Positions 12,200-25,614 of a DNA stretch of 64,000 nt are shown piece after piece. Origin of the DNA: Mustelus asterias (Eukaryota); contig NC_135830.1 of NCBI RefSeq assembly GCF_964213995.1, positions 6,448,001 to 6,512,000 of the forward strand, given 5' to 3'. Below the pieces are notes generated by a model that was given only the letters and a program-made list of their open reading frames with translations, searched no databases and was not told the DNA's origin. The position numbers and the translations under genes are program-made. Numbering within the stretch: position 1 is the stretch's first letter; each line of letters begins with the position of its first letter.

Positions 12200-12559
12200 T
12201 AGAAATCATAGAAATCATAGAAACTCTACAGTGCAGAAGGAGGCCATTCGGCCCATCGAGTCTGCACCGACCACAACCCCACCCAGGCCCTACCCCCACA
12301 TATTTTACCCACTAATCCCTCTAACCTACGCATCCCAGGACTCTAAGGGGCAATTTTTTTTCACCTGGCCAATCAACCTAACCCGCACATCTTTGGACTG
12401 TGGGAGGAAACCGGAGCACCCGGAGGAAACCCACGCAGACACGAGGAGAATGTGCAAACTCCACACAGACAATGACCCGAGCCGGGAATCAGAGCCGGGA
12501 ATCAAACCCGGGACCCTGGAGCTGTGAAGCAGCAGTGCTAACCACTGTGCTACCGTGCC
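12200..12559 (-). mobile_element. HE1-type V-SINE
   Basis: Full head, core and tail; small internal duplication GAGCCGGGAATCA x2. Confidence 0.9.
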
Positions 12560-15162
12560 ACATCTGAGAGTTAAGAATGTGTGACATGATTTTGGGATAC
12601 TGGAGTGAGTGTACAGATGTGATTTGTTACATGTGAAAAATAGCAAGCCTAAATTCATGGTGAGATGGAGTGAAGAGCGGGTCCCAAACACACACAGCTA
12701 CTTGAGACACAGCAGGAGATGAAATGGTTCATGTGGCCAGGGGATTGAGACAACATTGTGACATCATCAACGCATTGACACACACTCCAGAGAGAAACTG
12801 AGTTCAAAACAATCAGGATCCAATTAAACACACTGCACAGGGACACAAAGTGAGGAAAATTAAAATAAAATGCGTAATATTATAGATTGAGACAATTAAG
12901 GGATTGGGAGAAATAATACAGAGTAAGAACTGTCCACAACTTGGATAGGGGTAAAGAGAGAGCTGGAGAATCTTTTACATCCATGCTTGATCTGTTGCTT
13001 GAAGCATCTGTCCTTATGTACGAGTAACCTAGAACTCACGATGCTCCTTCAGGAGTAGGAAAGATCGAGTAGATGTTACCCCAGGCGGGGCCAAAACAGA
13101 ACTGGAAAATAACGGAGTGAAGTTGAGTGAGGGGTCAGAGAGAGAGTTCTCCTCCCCCTCAAGGTGTGGACTGTAAGAATCCTGGGGGACCCCCTACTTT
13201 GGGTTTTCTTGCTAATTAGTGAACATTAAATTCTCTGACTGGCTGTGTATTGATTTTGAATTTGATTGTTACACTTCTCCTGTTTTTATTCCTGTTGTGA
13301 TTACACTCTAGGTAAGGATGGTTGACAGGTGACAGGATGGGAAATTGTGGTTTGGATCTTCATTGACCAAATGTTTTATTGATCTGAAAGGTGTAAAAGG
13401 GGCCAAACTTCAGCAGAAATCCAGCAGAGCTGAGAACAGACAACTTGCTGTGTGGGAGCAGGGAGATAAACAGCTCCCGGAGGACAGAGAAAACAAGAGT
13501 GCCTTGAATCCTGGATGACACCAGGGTGTCAAGGCCATCATGTTTTCACTGTTTGGCATGGGAATGCTGACTCCCTGTACCAGGGACGGAGCGTGGGAAG
13601 ACAATTGTTTGAGAGTTTGACGTGGCTTGGGCAGGTACAGATGGTTCAATGACAGGTTTTGTAATTGGTCCGTTCAAATGTTAGCTGGGCAATGATTGGG
13701 TTAAATCAGTCTCCATAGACATTGTGATGTAAAAAAGTATGAGAAGGGATTCCCCGAGCACAGAGATTAGTCGAGGTTTTACATTTTGCATTGACTGGTG
13801 CCATGGCATCTGGGGCAGAGCAGGGAGCGTTTCCGTGGAGATGCTGCTTCTACCCAGAGTGTAATGGTAATGCTGCTGCACTTTGATACGACTGCTCAGA
13901 CATTAGCCTGTGTCAGCTCTTATTGATACTGAATAAAATCTAACCACTGTCACCAATAAGGGTTATCACTGGCAATCATTTCAGAGTTTGGGAAAAGGGG
14001 AGAAAGGATTAATTGACTCCCTGAACCCCATTTTCTAACATCGCTGTTTCAAATAATAAAGTCTCATCTCCCTCTCTGGCTCCTTTGCCAATTACCTTAG
14101 AGGGACTCACTTTCTGTTAAAGAGCCTGCCAACCCCTCTCACCCACTTTCCCTAAAGTGCATCAATCTCATCAGGAAAAGTCCAGTACAATCAAATATTT
14201 TTACTGATAAAAGTTTATTAATGAAACAGAACATGGTTAAAACAAACAGAAAATGACTTGAGGATCAAAGACAACCAGAGTAAAAGGATGTTCACAATGT
14301 TCTGGACACAAATGGTTTCTCTTCAGCTGCTCTGTCCCCTGTTCCTGTGACTCCCCGCTTTGGACACAGGGACACTGAACCCTGGGGGGTCACCATCAGC
14401 CCTGGTCACCTCCTCTGGTGCCTTGATTGGTTGGAGGCCCATTTCCCAGTCAGTTCTCCAGTACCTTCCTGTCTCTGTATTAGTGCGACCCCCAGGGCAG
14501 TTTCCCAACTGGGGTGCAGGCCCCGCTATTCTCAGCTAAATGCTGCCCTCAGCTCCATCGCCTGGCTGTCATTGACACGAGCAACAGAGACAGAAAGGTA
14601 CCCCAGGCTCAAATGGGAAGTTGAAACTTGTGGGTCTAAATCAACACTTCAACATTTGTCAGTCAAATCCATGTTATTTACATTGGGAGTTTTTATGATG
14701 AGATTAATTGAAGTGTTCGGCCAGTCAGCAAACTCGAGAAGCACTGATTCCAGATTGTTCAATACTTCTACCTTGAATCACAAAAGCTTCTCACTTTATC
14801 CCCTTCCTGAACTGAATTCCATTATCCTGAGCAGCTGTGGGTGTCACCTCTCTGTGTAAACTCCTGCCCCTTTTTATAAGGCTCTCTCATTCCTTCTTGT
14901 GGGTCAATTCTTTAATGGTTGAGGATCGCTCTGTGATGCAGTGAGTGTTTATCCGGTCAATCAATGTTTCTGATGTCAGTCGGAATGTCCATCGTTACTT
15001 TTCACCTGTTTCTCACTCTGTTTTATAAAAATAAAGTTTATAAACTTTTACAGAATGGTCAGCTTTAAGGTTTCTGTAGTTGGTGATGAGGTCAGCCAAA
15101 GGTCAAAGCCTTTCTCTTTTCTCCTTCCTGTTTAACTAAGGGGTTGTGGAATATTCCATTCA

Positions 15163-15545
15163 GGGGGAGGTGGTGGGAATGTCACTGGTCGAGTAATGCA
15201 GAGATCCAGGAAAGGATCTGGGGACAGGCAGCTGGTGGGATTTGAATTCAGTGAATCAATCTGGAATTATATAAAGTTAGTCTCAGTAACGGTGACCATG
15301 AAACTATCGACTGTTGTAAAAACCCATCCAGTTCACCCTATTAATGCTCCTATTAGGGAGGGAAATCTACCATCCTTACCCGGTCTGGCCTACATGTGAA
15401 TCCAGACCCACACAGCGATGTGGGTGATTCTTAACTGTCCCTCTGAAATGGCCGAGCAAGTCACTCCGTTCAGGGGCAATTAGGAGCTGAGCAACGTGTG
15501 CTGGGGCTTTGCCAGCAGTGTCCACATCCCAGGAAAGAATAAAGA
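15163..15545 (+). mobile_element. Deu-domain SINE (SacSINE1-like)
   Basis: CCTTACCCGGTCTGGCCTACATGTGA..CCAGACCCAC..ATGTGG..CTTAACTG.CCCTCTGAAATGGCC core; further copies listed below. Confidence 0.7.
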
Positions 15546-16174
15546 ATATTCCACGGAAAGTGATGGGTGATTTGAAATGAATTGAAAGTCGGTCAGGAGG
15601 TGCTCGTATCGTCCAGAGCTGCTTTTCAATGGATCCTGTTTAAAATAAAAACACATCAGTGTGCCCCTTTCCCAGACACACTGACCTTGGAATATCACAA
15701 TGCTGTTTTTAAACATTCCTTTGTTAAAGAATCAGTCATTTAGAATTGTGAAACAGACAGAAATTAAATGTTCCGTTTTTCCTGGGATCCTCCTGTGCCT
15801 GGCACTGGTGTCCTGAACAAGGTTATTAACATTCTCTGGGTTAAAGGTTCCTCCTGGTTCTTGCTGTCTGTTGTGTCCTTTGTCACAGTCGGTACCAGGA
15901 CATTTCTATTGAAAGGTTGTTAAGAAATTCCAGTGAATTCCAGCCCCTTGTGTAACGTTCCATTTGGTGTGTGTCAGATTCAGAGATGTCCACGTGTGTG
16001 TGAAGAGGGTTCTGGGTAAGGGTTTTAACCCTTCTTTCCCCGTTAGTAACAATGAGCCCTGTATTCAATTCTAAAGTATAAAGTCCTCATTAGATATCAA
16101 TTCTACCTGTTATCTACATTTCACCAACCAGTCTATATTTTCATCACAGGACTGCAGTGGGAGCACCGTCAACA

Positions 16175-17360
16175 TCTTACTGACTTGATTGATTTTATCG
16201 AGGAGGTGACGAAGGTGATCGATGAGGGTAGAGCAGTGGATGTTGTGTACATGGATTTTAGTGAGGCTTTCGACAAGGTCCCTCATGGTCGGCTCATCCA
16301 GAAGATTAAGATGCATGGGATTCACGGTGACTTGGCCACTTGGATTCAGAATTGACTTGCCCATAGAAGTCAGGGAGTAGTGGTGAGGGTGTTTTTCTGA
16401 CTGGAGGTCTGTGACTAGTGGTGTTCTGCAGGGATCCGTACTGGGACCTGCGCTATTTGTGATATATATAAATGACTTGGATGAAAACGTGGATGGGTGG
16501 GTTGGGAAGCTTGCAAACGTCACAAAACTAGATGGAGTTGTAGATAGTGTAGAAGGTTGTCAAAGGATACAGTGGGATGTAGATCAGCTGCAGATATGAG
16601 CGGAGAAATGGCAGATGGATTTTAATCCGGGCAAGTGTGAGGTGCTGCACTTTGGGAGATCAAATATTAAGGATAAGTATACAGTTAATGTACAGAGGGA
16701 TCTTGGGGTTCAAGTCCAGAGCTCCCTGAAATTAGCCACACAAATATTTAGTCACTAAAGAAGGCATATGGCATGCTTGCCTTTATTGAGTACAAGAGTC
16801 AGCATGCCATGTTGCAGCTTTATAAAACTTTGTTTGGGCTGCACTTAGAATATTGCGTTCAGTTCTGGTCGCCACATTACAGAAAGGATGCAGAGGCTTT
16901 GATGAGGGTGCAGAAGAGGTTTCCCAGGATGCTGCCTGGATTGGAGGTTGTGAGCGACTGACAAACGGGGGTTGTTTTCTCGATAGCGGTGGAGGGTGAG
17001 GGGAGACCTGATAGCAGTCTATAAAATAAGAGACATAGAATCTTTTCCCCAGAGTTGATATGTCGAATACCAGGGAGCATGCACTTAAGGTGAGACGGGG
17101 AAAGTTCAAAGGAGATGCGAGAGGTAAGTGTTTTTACACAGAGAGTGGTAGGTGTCTGGAATGCGCTGCTAGGAGTGGTGGTGGAGGCAGATACGATAGG
17201 GGCATTTAAGGGGGTTTTAAATAAGCACATGAATATGCAAGGAATAGAGGAATATGGACCAAGGGCAGGCAGAAAGGAATAGTTTAATTTGGCATCATGT
17301 TCGACACAACATGGTGGGCTGAAGGGTCTGTTCCTGTGCTGTGCTGTTCTACATTCTATT
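16175..17360 (+). mobile_element. Decayed CR1 LINE 3' half
   Basis: VDVVYMDFS.AFDKVPHGRL, GVLQGSVLGP, HLEYCVQFWSPHY remnants and CR1 3' UTR. Confidence 0.9.
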
Positions 17361-17823
17361 TGTGATCTCCATTTAGAAAAAGGAAATAGAGGCACTGGAG
17401 AAGGGGCAAGAAAGATTCACAAGAATAATCCCAGAACTGTAATCACTTGTGAACTCACTGGTGTTTCACCAAGTTTGCTGACTGAGTGAATCCCTTCCCA
17501 GTCAGAGCAGGTGACCAGCCTCTGCCTGGTGTGAACTCACTGGTGGGACATTAGTTCCCGAGAGCTTTTGAAGCCACGCCCACATTTAAAGGGTCTCTCC
17601 TGGGTGTGATGATGTTGTGTTTGGGCAGGCTGGATAACCGAGTAAATCCTTTCGCACACACCGAGCAGGTGAATGGTTTCTCCCCGGTGTGAACTCACTG
17701 GTGTTTCAGCAGTGTTGATGATATTCTAAACCTCCCTGAACAGTGAGAGCAGCTGAACGGCCTCTCCCCGGTGTGAATGTGCTCGGGGATCATCAGTTCC
17801 TGAGAGCTTTTGAAGCCGGCCTC

Positions 17824-19449
17824 TCAGGCAGAGCATTTAAAGGGGCTCTCCTTGGGGTGAGTGGCTTTGTGTTTCTGGAGGCTGGATGACTGAGTGAATC
17901 CCTTCCCACACACAGAGCAGGGGAATGGTCTCTCCCCAGTGTGAACTCGCTGATGTTCCCACAGGCTGGATGACCTTTTAAACCTCTTTGTGCAGTGAGA
18001 GCAGCTGAACGGTCTCTCCTCAGTGTGAATGCGCTGGTGGGACACCAGGTCCTGAGAGCTTTTGAATCCGCTCCCACAGTCAGAGCATTTAAACGGTCTC
18101 TCATTAGTGTGAGTGACTTTGTGTCTGCGCAGGTGGGATGAAGTAGTGAATCCCTTCCCACACACCGAGCAGGTGAATGGTCTCTCCCCGGTGTGAACTC
18201 GATGGTGTTTCAGCAGGTTGTATGATGTTCTAAATCTCTTTGTGCAGAGAGAGCAGCTGAACGGTCTCTCCTCAGTGTGAATGCGCTGGTGGGACATCAG
18301 ATCCTGAGAGCTTTTGAAGCCATTCCCACAGTCAGAGCATTTAAATGGTCGCTCACTGGTGTGAGTGGCTTTGTGTTTCTGCAAGCTGCATGACTGAGTG
18401 AATCCCTTCTCACACACAGAGCAGGTGAATGGCCTCTCCCCGGTGTGAACTCGCTGGTGAATCTGCAGATTGGATGAAGTTCTAAATCTCATTGAGCAGT
18501 GAGAGCAGCTGAACGGTCTCTCCTCAGTGTGAATGCGCTGGTGGGACACCAGATCCTGAGAGCTTTTGAATCCGCTCCCACAGTCAGAGCATTTAAACGG
18601 TCTCTCATTGGTGTGAGTGAGATTGTGTCTGCACAGGTTTGATGAATGAGTGAATCCCTTCCCACACACCGAGCAGGTGAATGGTCTCTCCCCGGTGTGA
18701 ACTCGTTGGTGTCTCCGCAGGTCGGATGAAGTTCTAAACTTCTTTGTGCAGTGAGAGCAGCTGAACGGTCTCTCCTCAGTGTGAATGCGCTGGTGAATCA
18801 TCAGTTCCCGAGAACTTTTGAAACCACTCCCACAGTCAGAGCATTTAAATGGTCTCTCATTGGTGTGAGAGAGATTGTGTTTCTGCAGGCTGGATAACTG
18901 AGCGAATCCCTTCCCACACACAGAGCAGGTGAACGGCCTCTCCCCAGTGTGAACTCCCTGGTGTGTTTGTAAATGGGATGACTGAGTGAATCCCTTCCCG
19001 CACACAGAGCAGGTGAATGGTCTCTCCCCAGTGTGAACTCGCTGGTGTATCTTCAGGTTGGATGAAGTTCTAAATCTCTTTGTGCAGTGAGAGCAGCTGA
19101 ACGGTCTCTCCTCAATGTGAGCGCGCTGGTGGGACAGCAGTTCCCCAGAGCTTTTGAAACCGCTCCCACAGTCAGAGCATTTAAATGGTCTCTCATTGGT
19201 GTGAGTGAGATTGTGTTTCTGCAGGCTGGATAACTGACTGAATCCCTTCCCACACACACAGCAGGTGAATGGCCTCTCCCCAGTGTGAACTCGTTGGTGT
19301 CTCTGCAGATTAGGTAAGTCAGTGAATCCCTTCCCACACACAGAGCAGGTGAACGGCCTCTCCCCAGTGTGACTGCGTTGATGAATTTCCAGTAGAGATG
19401 GGAACCTGAATCCCTTCCCACATTTCCCACATTTCCACGGTTTCTCCAT
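17824..19449 (-). CDS. Tandem C2H2 zinc-finger protein (gene 3), 19 fingers, 541 aa; more decayed fingers past the stop (~17440-17823)
   Basis: ATG 19449 MEKPWKC; 19 intact fingers largely in a 3-finger repeat; stop falls inside finger 20. Confidence 0.92.
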   Translation of the reverse strand: MEKPWKCGKCGKGFRFPSLLEIHQRSHTGERPFTCSVCGKGFTDLPNLQRHQRVHTGERPFTCCVCGKGFSQLSSLQKHNLTHTNERPFKCSDCGSGFKSSGELLSHQRAHIEERPFSCSHCTKRFRTSSNLKIHQRVHTGERPFTCSVCGKGFTQSSHLQTHQGVHTGERPFTCSVCGKGFAQLSSLQKHNLSHTNERPFKCSDCGSGFKSSRELMIHQRIHTEERPFSCSHCTKKFRTSSDLRRHQRVHTGERPFTCSVCGKGFTHSSNLCRHNLTHTNERPFKCSDCGSGFKSSQDLVSHQRIHTEERPFSCSHCSMRFRTSSNLQIHQRVHTGERPFTCSVCEKGFTQSCSLQKHKATHTSERPFKCSDCGNGFKSSQDLMSHQRIHTEERPFSCSLCTKRFRTSYNLLKHHRVHTGERPFTCSVCGKGFTTSSHLRRHKVTHTNERPFKCSDCGSGFKSSQDLVSHQRIHTEERPFSCSHCTKRFKRSSSLWEHQRVHTGERPFPCSVCGKGFTQSSSLQKHKATHPKESPFKCSA

Positions 19450-20749
19450 GGTTCGGGTGTCCTTGTGACTCTCCAGGTTAAACAATCAGTTAAATCTCAC
19501 ACAGAACACAGGTACAGTCTCTCCCGCTGTGAATGCTGCGATGTATTTTCAGGCTGTGTAACTGGTTAAAGCTCTTTCCACACTCAGTGCACTGGAACAC
19601 TCTCACTCGGGTGTGTGTATCTCAGTGCATTCCTAGTCACAGCGATGTTTACAATCTTTTGAAGCCAAGAGGCCAAACAAACATTTCTCTTGCTAGCTTC
19701 AAAAGCCGATGATATTCAGGTCCCAAGAAATCAAGTCACTCTGTCAGATCTCGATGTGATGTTGGAGATTTCTGTCTGATTTCTCCTTGTCTAATATCCT
19801 GTAAGTCAATTTAGAAAAAAAGAAATCGCAATTCAGAATATGATCGAAATTCAAATCTACATTTCTAGTTTATGGAGCATTCATTAAAGACACAGTCATG
19901 GAGCATTAAACTTGCCGAGCAGGGCCTCCCGTATCAGCACACAGGCAGCTGCTTTGTGAGACTGCCGGCAGTACGGACAAGTCAGAGATAAGGGTGTCCT
20001 CAGAAGTGGGATTCATTGTGAAAGCTCAGGGACGGTTGATAAGATGCAGCAATTCTATGATTCTAATGAACGTTCTTTCCTCTCCCATTCCCCAAAAGCT
20101 GTAAATCTCCATCCCACACACTCTCCCTCCATTCTCACTCTGCTGTATCTAATATTCACCCTCCCAATTCTCCTGAAGGTGCTGATTGAGGCTGATTGAC
20201 AGATCCATGCTCACTGCTTCCTGTCCAGCACAGAAATCAGAACAAATAGGAGCTGCAGTCAGCATTCGGCCCATCGAGTCTGCTCAACCATTCATTCAGA
20301 TTATTGGTTGATCTACCTCTGCATTATTTTCCCCACACTGTCCCCCATATCCATCGATATCTTCAATATCTAGAAACCTATCAATCCCTCTCTTGAAAAT
20401 TCTTGATGACTGAGGCTCTATAGTCCTCTGGGGTAGAGAATCCAAAACATCACCACATCCTTGAGTGAAGAAATCCTTCCTCATCTGAGCTTTCTCTCCA
20501 TTTTCCAGCCTGTTCCCAATAATTATTGACTCCCTTATCATTCAAAAACTGTCTAACTCATCCTTGAATACATTCAATCCCTCCACTGGTCCCTATGGAA
20601 GAGAAATCTTGATACTAACAATTCTCTGAGGGAAGAGATTGTTGGAAATATATAATATAGCTGCAGTCCAAAATTACACAGCCAGATATAATAAGTGTAT
20701 TTTATTACAGAGCTATAAATAATATATCTAATCTGTACCATATAACAGG

Positions 20750-21137
20750 GAAGCGGAAAGCCTCGTGGTATTATCGCTAGACTATTAATCCAGAAATTTA
20801 GCTGATGTTCTGGGGACCCAGGTTTGAATCCTGCCACGGCAGATGGTGGAATTTGAATTTAAAAACAAAATCTAGAACTAAGAATCTACTGATGACCATG
20901 AAATCATTGTTGATTGACCAGAAAAACCCATTTGGTTCATTAATGTGCTTTAGGGAAGGAAATCTGCCGTCCTTACCCAGTCTGGCCTACATGTGACTCC
21001 AGAGCCACAGTAATGTGGTTGACTCTCAACCATCCTCCGAAATGGCCCAGCGAGCCATTCAGTTCAAGGGGCAATTAGGGATGGGCAATAAATGCTGGCC
21101 CAGCCGGCAATGCCCGTGTCCCAAGGATGAATTAAAA
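20750..21137 (+). mobile_element. Deu-domain SINE (SacSINE1-like)
   Basis: tRNA-like head (GGTTTGAATCC), Deu core GTGACTCCAGAGCCACAG.AATGTGGTTGACTCTCAAC. Confidence 0.75.
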
Positions 21138-21671
21138 ACAACATCAGACACGTCTCTGTCCGATATTAGTTTACTGTCCCCTTTAATATATTTCAGAAAT
21201 TAGATGGGCACATGAAGGAAATAAACTCGCAGGGGAAAGGGAATATAGAAAGGGAATGGGACTGACTGGATTGTTCTACAGAGAGTCGGCATGGATTCGA
21301 GTTACTGAATGGACTCCTTCTGCGCTGTAATGACTCGATGAGTGGAAATATATAACATAGCTTCAGTGTTACATTACAAGATGAGAAATAATAATAAATG
21401 TACTTTGTTACAGAACCATAAATAATATACCAAATCTACAATATAACAACACTAGGCATATCTCTGTCCTATATTAATTTATTGTTCTTTTAAATGTCAG
21501 CCATCTCCTCAGGAAACCAGACCTTTAATTGTGAACATTAGGAAAGGGACTTTTTAGCCAGACAAATCAATGTGTCAAGCTGAGGGAGCAAAGGATCTCA
21601 ATGTCTTTAAGAGAAATTGCAGTGTTAATATAAGCCTTACTTGAGACTAATAAATAAACTTTAAACTTTAG

Positions 21672-22001
21672 GGGCGGCACGGTAGCACAGTGGTTAGCAC
21701 TGCTGCTTCACAGCTCCAGGGTCCCGGGTTCGATTCCCGGCTCGGGTCACTGTCTGTGTGGAGTTTGCACATTCTCCTCGTGTCTGCGTGGGTTTCCTCC
21801 GGGTGCTCCGGTTTCCTCCCACAGTCCAAAGATGTGCGGGTTAGGTTGATTGGCCAGGTTAAAAATTGCCCCTTAGAGTTCTGAGATGCGTGGATTAGCG
21901 GGTAAATATGTGGGGGTAGGGCCTGGGTGGGATTGTGGTCGGTGCAGACTCGATGGGCCGAATGGCCTCCTTCTGCACTGTAGGGTTTCTATGAGTTCTA
22001 T
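21672..22001 (+). mobile_element. HE1-type V-SINE, young
   Basis: Nearly identical to the copies at 25615 and 63224. Confidence 0.92.
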
Positions 22002-22129
22002 AATATAAACTACCCAATTCTCCTGAAGGTGCTAATTAATGCTGATCGACACTCACCATTTCATGTTCCTGACAGATCATAAGAAATAGTTAGAAATTCA
22101 GCCCACCAAGCTGTTCAATTGAATTTTTT

Positions 22130-22560
22130 TTATTCATTCATGGGACATGGATGTTGCTGGCTGGCCAGCATTTATTACCCATCCCCAGTAGCCCTTGGAG
22201 GGCAGTTGAGAGTCAACCACATTGTTGTGGCTTTGGAGTCACATGAAGGCCAGACCAGTTAAGGATGGCAGATTTCATTCCCTGAAGGACATTCGTGAAC
22301 CAGATAGGTTTTTCCGACAATCGAAAGGGTTTCATGGTCATCAGGAATTTCTTAATTCCAGATATTTTTAATTGAATTCAAATTCCACCAGCTGCTGTGG
22401 GGTGGGATTGTTGTCGGTGCAGACTCGATGGGCTGAATGGCCTCCTTCTGTACTGTAGGATTTCTATGATTCTATGGCAGGATTCAAACCCGGGTCCCCA
22501 GAACATTAGCTGAGTTTCTGAATTAATAGTCCAGCAATAATACCACAAGGCCATCGTCTC
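22130..22560 (-). mobile_element. Deu-domain SINE with a nested HE1 tail (~22400-22476)
   Basis: Reverse Deu core GAGAGTCAACCACATTG..GGAGTCACATG, interrupted by GGTGCAGACTCGATGGG...TTCTATGATTCTATG. Confidence 0.7.
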
Positions 22561-23371
22561 CCCATCAAGATCATGGCTGATCTGATTGTGATCTTAACTC
22601 CACTTTTCTTCCTGTCACCCTTGACTCCCTTTTCGATCAGAATTCTCTGTATTTTGAGTATATTTAATGATGCAGCCTCCACTGCTCTCTGGGGAAGAGA
22701 ATTGCAAAGACTAACGGCCCTCTGAGGGAAGACATTTCTCCTCCTCGCCATCAGAAATGGGGGACCCTTTATTTTGACAATCTGCCGACTAATTCTGGAA
22801 TCCCCAACATTGGAAACATCCTCTCTTCATCTATACTAATCACTACCTCACAATCTGATGTCAATACTATGATCACCTCTAAACTCCAGTCAATACAGGC
22901 CCAAACTTTCCTCACAAAACAATCCCTTCATCCCAGCTATCAGCCTGCAGATCCTTCTCTGAACTGACAATGACAGAGAGGTGATCAGGGAGGGCAGAGG
23001 TGAAACAAAGCAATGGATGGACATGGATTCAGATCCACAGTAACGGAGTCACACCAGCCCCAGAGACGTGGAACGAGAGTACAGATAACAGAGCACAGGA
23101 CGAAAATTCAAAATTATAGGTAAATGTTCAATAATACTCACCTCTGAAACAATTTCACTATTTTCTCATTTAAAACCTGCGGCTGGAAAGATGTCAGAAG
23201 CACTGGAATCAGAGAAAAATTGCAATCTTCAAATGTTCCAACTCCCTGCAAAAGGAGATTACAAGAGTCATGTGTCAATTGTGGCTTGAAATTAAGAAAC
23301 ACACATTTTTTGGGGGGTTTGAGATTGCTGTAAAAATCCTCTTCTTCTAACCATCTGTAAAAGGAGATTCC

Positions 23372-23708
23372 AAAATCACAGAATCTCTGCAGTGCAGAAG
23401 GAGACCTTTTAGCCCATCGAGTCTGCACCAAGTTTCTAACAGAGCTCCTTTACTCAGGCCCTATCCCTGTAACCTGATGTACATACATCACTAATCTTTT
23501 CCTTCCCGCTCATCTTGGGACACAAAGGGACAATTTAGCATGGTCGACCAACCCACTCTTTGGAGTGTGGGAGGAAACGAGAGCACCCAGAGGAAACCCA
23601 CACAGACAGAGGGAGAATGTGCAAACTCCATACAGACAATTACCCGAGGCTGGAATTGAACCGGGTCTCTGGCGCTATGAGACAGAAGTGCTAACCACTG
23701 TGTCACCT
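23372..23708 (-). mobile_element. Older HE1-related SINE
   Basis: Degenerate head, core and tail. Confidence 0.75.
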
Positions 23709-24419
23709 CCAACAATCCTTTGTCAATCCTGAATCCACATAACATTCTCCCCTCCTGTTTTCTGGCATAAGATTACTTAAGATGGAAAATACTTGCATTG
23801 GAAGCAATTCAGACGAGGTTCACTCGCTGATTTCGGGCATGAAGGGGTCTGTTTTATGAGGAAAGTTTAGGAGGGGTGCATCTGTGCTCATTGGATTTTA
23901 GATAAATGAGATGTGATTTTTGGAGTGAAATTAAGACTGTGACCTTTGAAAGTTAATGCGTACATGACTACAGGGCTGTGCCCAGCAGTTATCCTGTGGT
24001 TAACAAAGATCATTCTGTTGCTGACTAAATAACGAACTAACCTTTGAGCTACATCCTGTTATTGTATAAAAAATACGGAACAGACAAAAAAAACCAGACC
24101 GCGAGGTCCTGATGGTCAGCTTAGCTTAAGATAAAGGGGAACCGAAACAAAAAGTTGTGGGTTTTTGTTAACAGTTGTTTTTGAAGGAATGTGATTGGAG
24201 GTCAATTATTGCGAGGGGAGCCCAATTGGCTAAGTACAGGTAACCACCCAAAGCTAATGACGAAGTAACCGCTAATGTCTGTATGATCAAAGTGTATAAA
24301 AGACGGCGAGCCGCCGCTGCAAATTGAGAAGGTGAAAGGCAGCATCCATTAACCCGGCCTGTCAGTCAATGACTCAAACATTGTCTCTCCTGGTCACCCA
24401 AATCCTGAAGCTCTGCCCA

Positions 24420-24760
24420 CTGACCGCGCATGCGCTCTGGTCCCCGCTAAACAAAGATGGCGGCCGCGGCACTGGGCCTGGTCCCGGATAAAATCCACGG
24501 AGCTGCAAACCCGGGACCGGAAGGCTCTTATTCAGACCTTGCGGCCTACAGCAGATGTTTGTGAAGCCTCTGTTTCCTCCCCACCCCGACTCCCGGCTCC
24601 ATTCCTCCCTCCGCCCCACCGATTCCCACCCCTTGAAATAAGCGTCTCCAGCACTCGCAGGGCTCCGAGCAAAGTGACACTGCGCATGCGCCAGATACAG
24701 CACTGCGCTTGCGCACCGGGCTCCTGTGCAGTGAAGAGGGTACTGTCACAGCCGCAACGA
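24420..24760 (-). promoter_or_regulatory. CpG-rich ZNF promoter/first-exon cassette (likely gene 3)
   Basis: GCGCATGCGC x2 (NRF1 palindrome), AAGATGGCGGCC (YY1); homologous to 33355-33790. Confidence 0.65.
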
Positions 24761-25614
24761 ATGCTGGGTAATAACCGCCATTGAAACCTCATGCAATTAA
24801 TTCATAATAACGTTGTAAGCATTTGAGGTAAATTAATGAAATATTGAGAATTGGTACATTGCTGTGCTCCATTTCTCAAAGTTCTGCTGCAGGACCATGC
24901 AATGGTTTCAAAGCTTTTATACCGTTTCCCCTCTCACTCCTCCTTTTATGGTGCTGATTCTGGCTGGGTTCAATCGCACAGTCACTGGTTCTTCTCTCTC
25001 TCCCTGATACTGAATATTCACTGTTTTAGAGAATGATACAGCATAAATAGAAACCATTTGGCCCATTATGTCTCTGCTGGCTCTCTGGAAGATCTATCCA
25101 ATTAATTCCACAGCCCAGCTCGTCGAGTCAGAACAATGCATATCTGCTGTAGTAATCTGAGACCTTAATGGAAAAGGGTTTCCACAGTTAAGCATACCAG
25201 GTGGCTGGTAGAATGTAATTAAATGTTTCTGCAGATCCCATATACTGCAGTGACATTATCCTAAAGGGCCAAGGGAGTATTCCAGTGTGTTAACCGGAAT
25301 ACTACAGGGCACAACCTCAGGCTAAAGGGACGATCCTTTAAAACAGAGATTAGGAGGAATTTCTTCAGCCAGAGAGTGGTGAATCTGTTGGAACTCTTTG
25401 CCACAGAAGACTGATGTGACTGTGCAATATTTCACTTCTTTGTTTCGCTTCCTTTCATCATTTAATTTCATAATGGACACGGCACTGCGAAGAAGTCAGT
25501 AAGAATTGTCAGCAAGGATTAATCAGCACTTTTTAATTGGAGATGTTAATCAGTGGAACATTTCAGACACTGAATTGTACATTTTGTATCAAAGATCAAT
25601 TTAGGACTGAATTT

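Noticed and set aside
12580-15140. Possible endogenous retrovirus internal/env and LTR remnants
   Set aside because: Some LTR-like ends (..TCTAACA at 14040) and coding-like composition, but no motif, TSD or paired LTR I can support by eye.
21672-21745. tRNA genes at SINE heads
   Set aside because: A/B boxes are present, but they run into the SINE core and tail with no proper cloverleaf end.
21690-21884. Recurrent small ORFs MVSTAASQLQGPGFDSRLGSLSVWSLHIL / GTVAQWLALL
   Set aside because: Translations of HE1 SINE copies, not genes.
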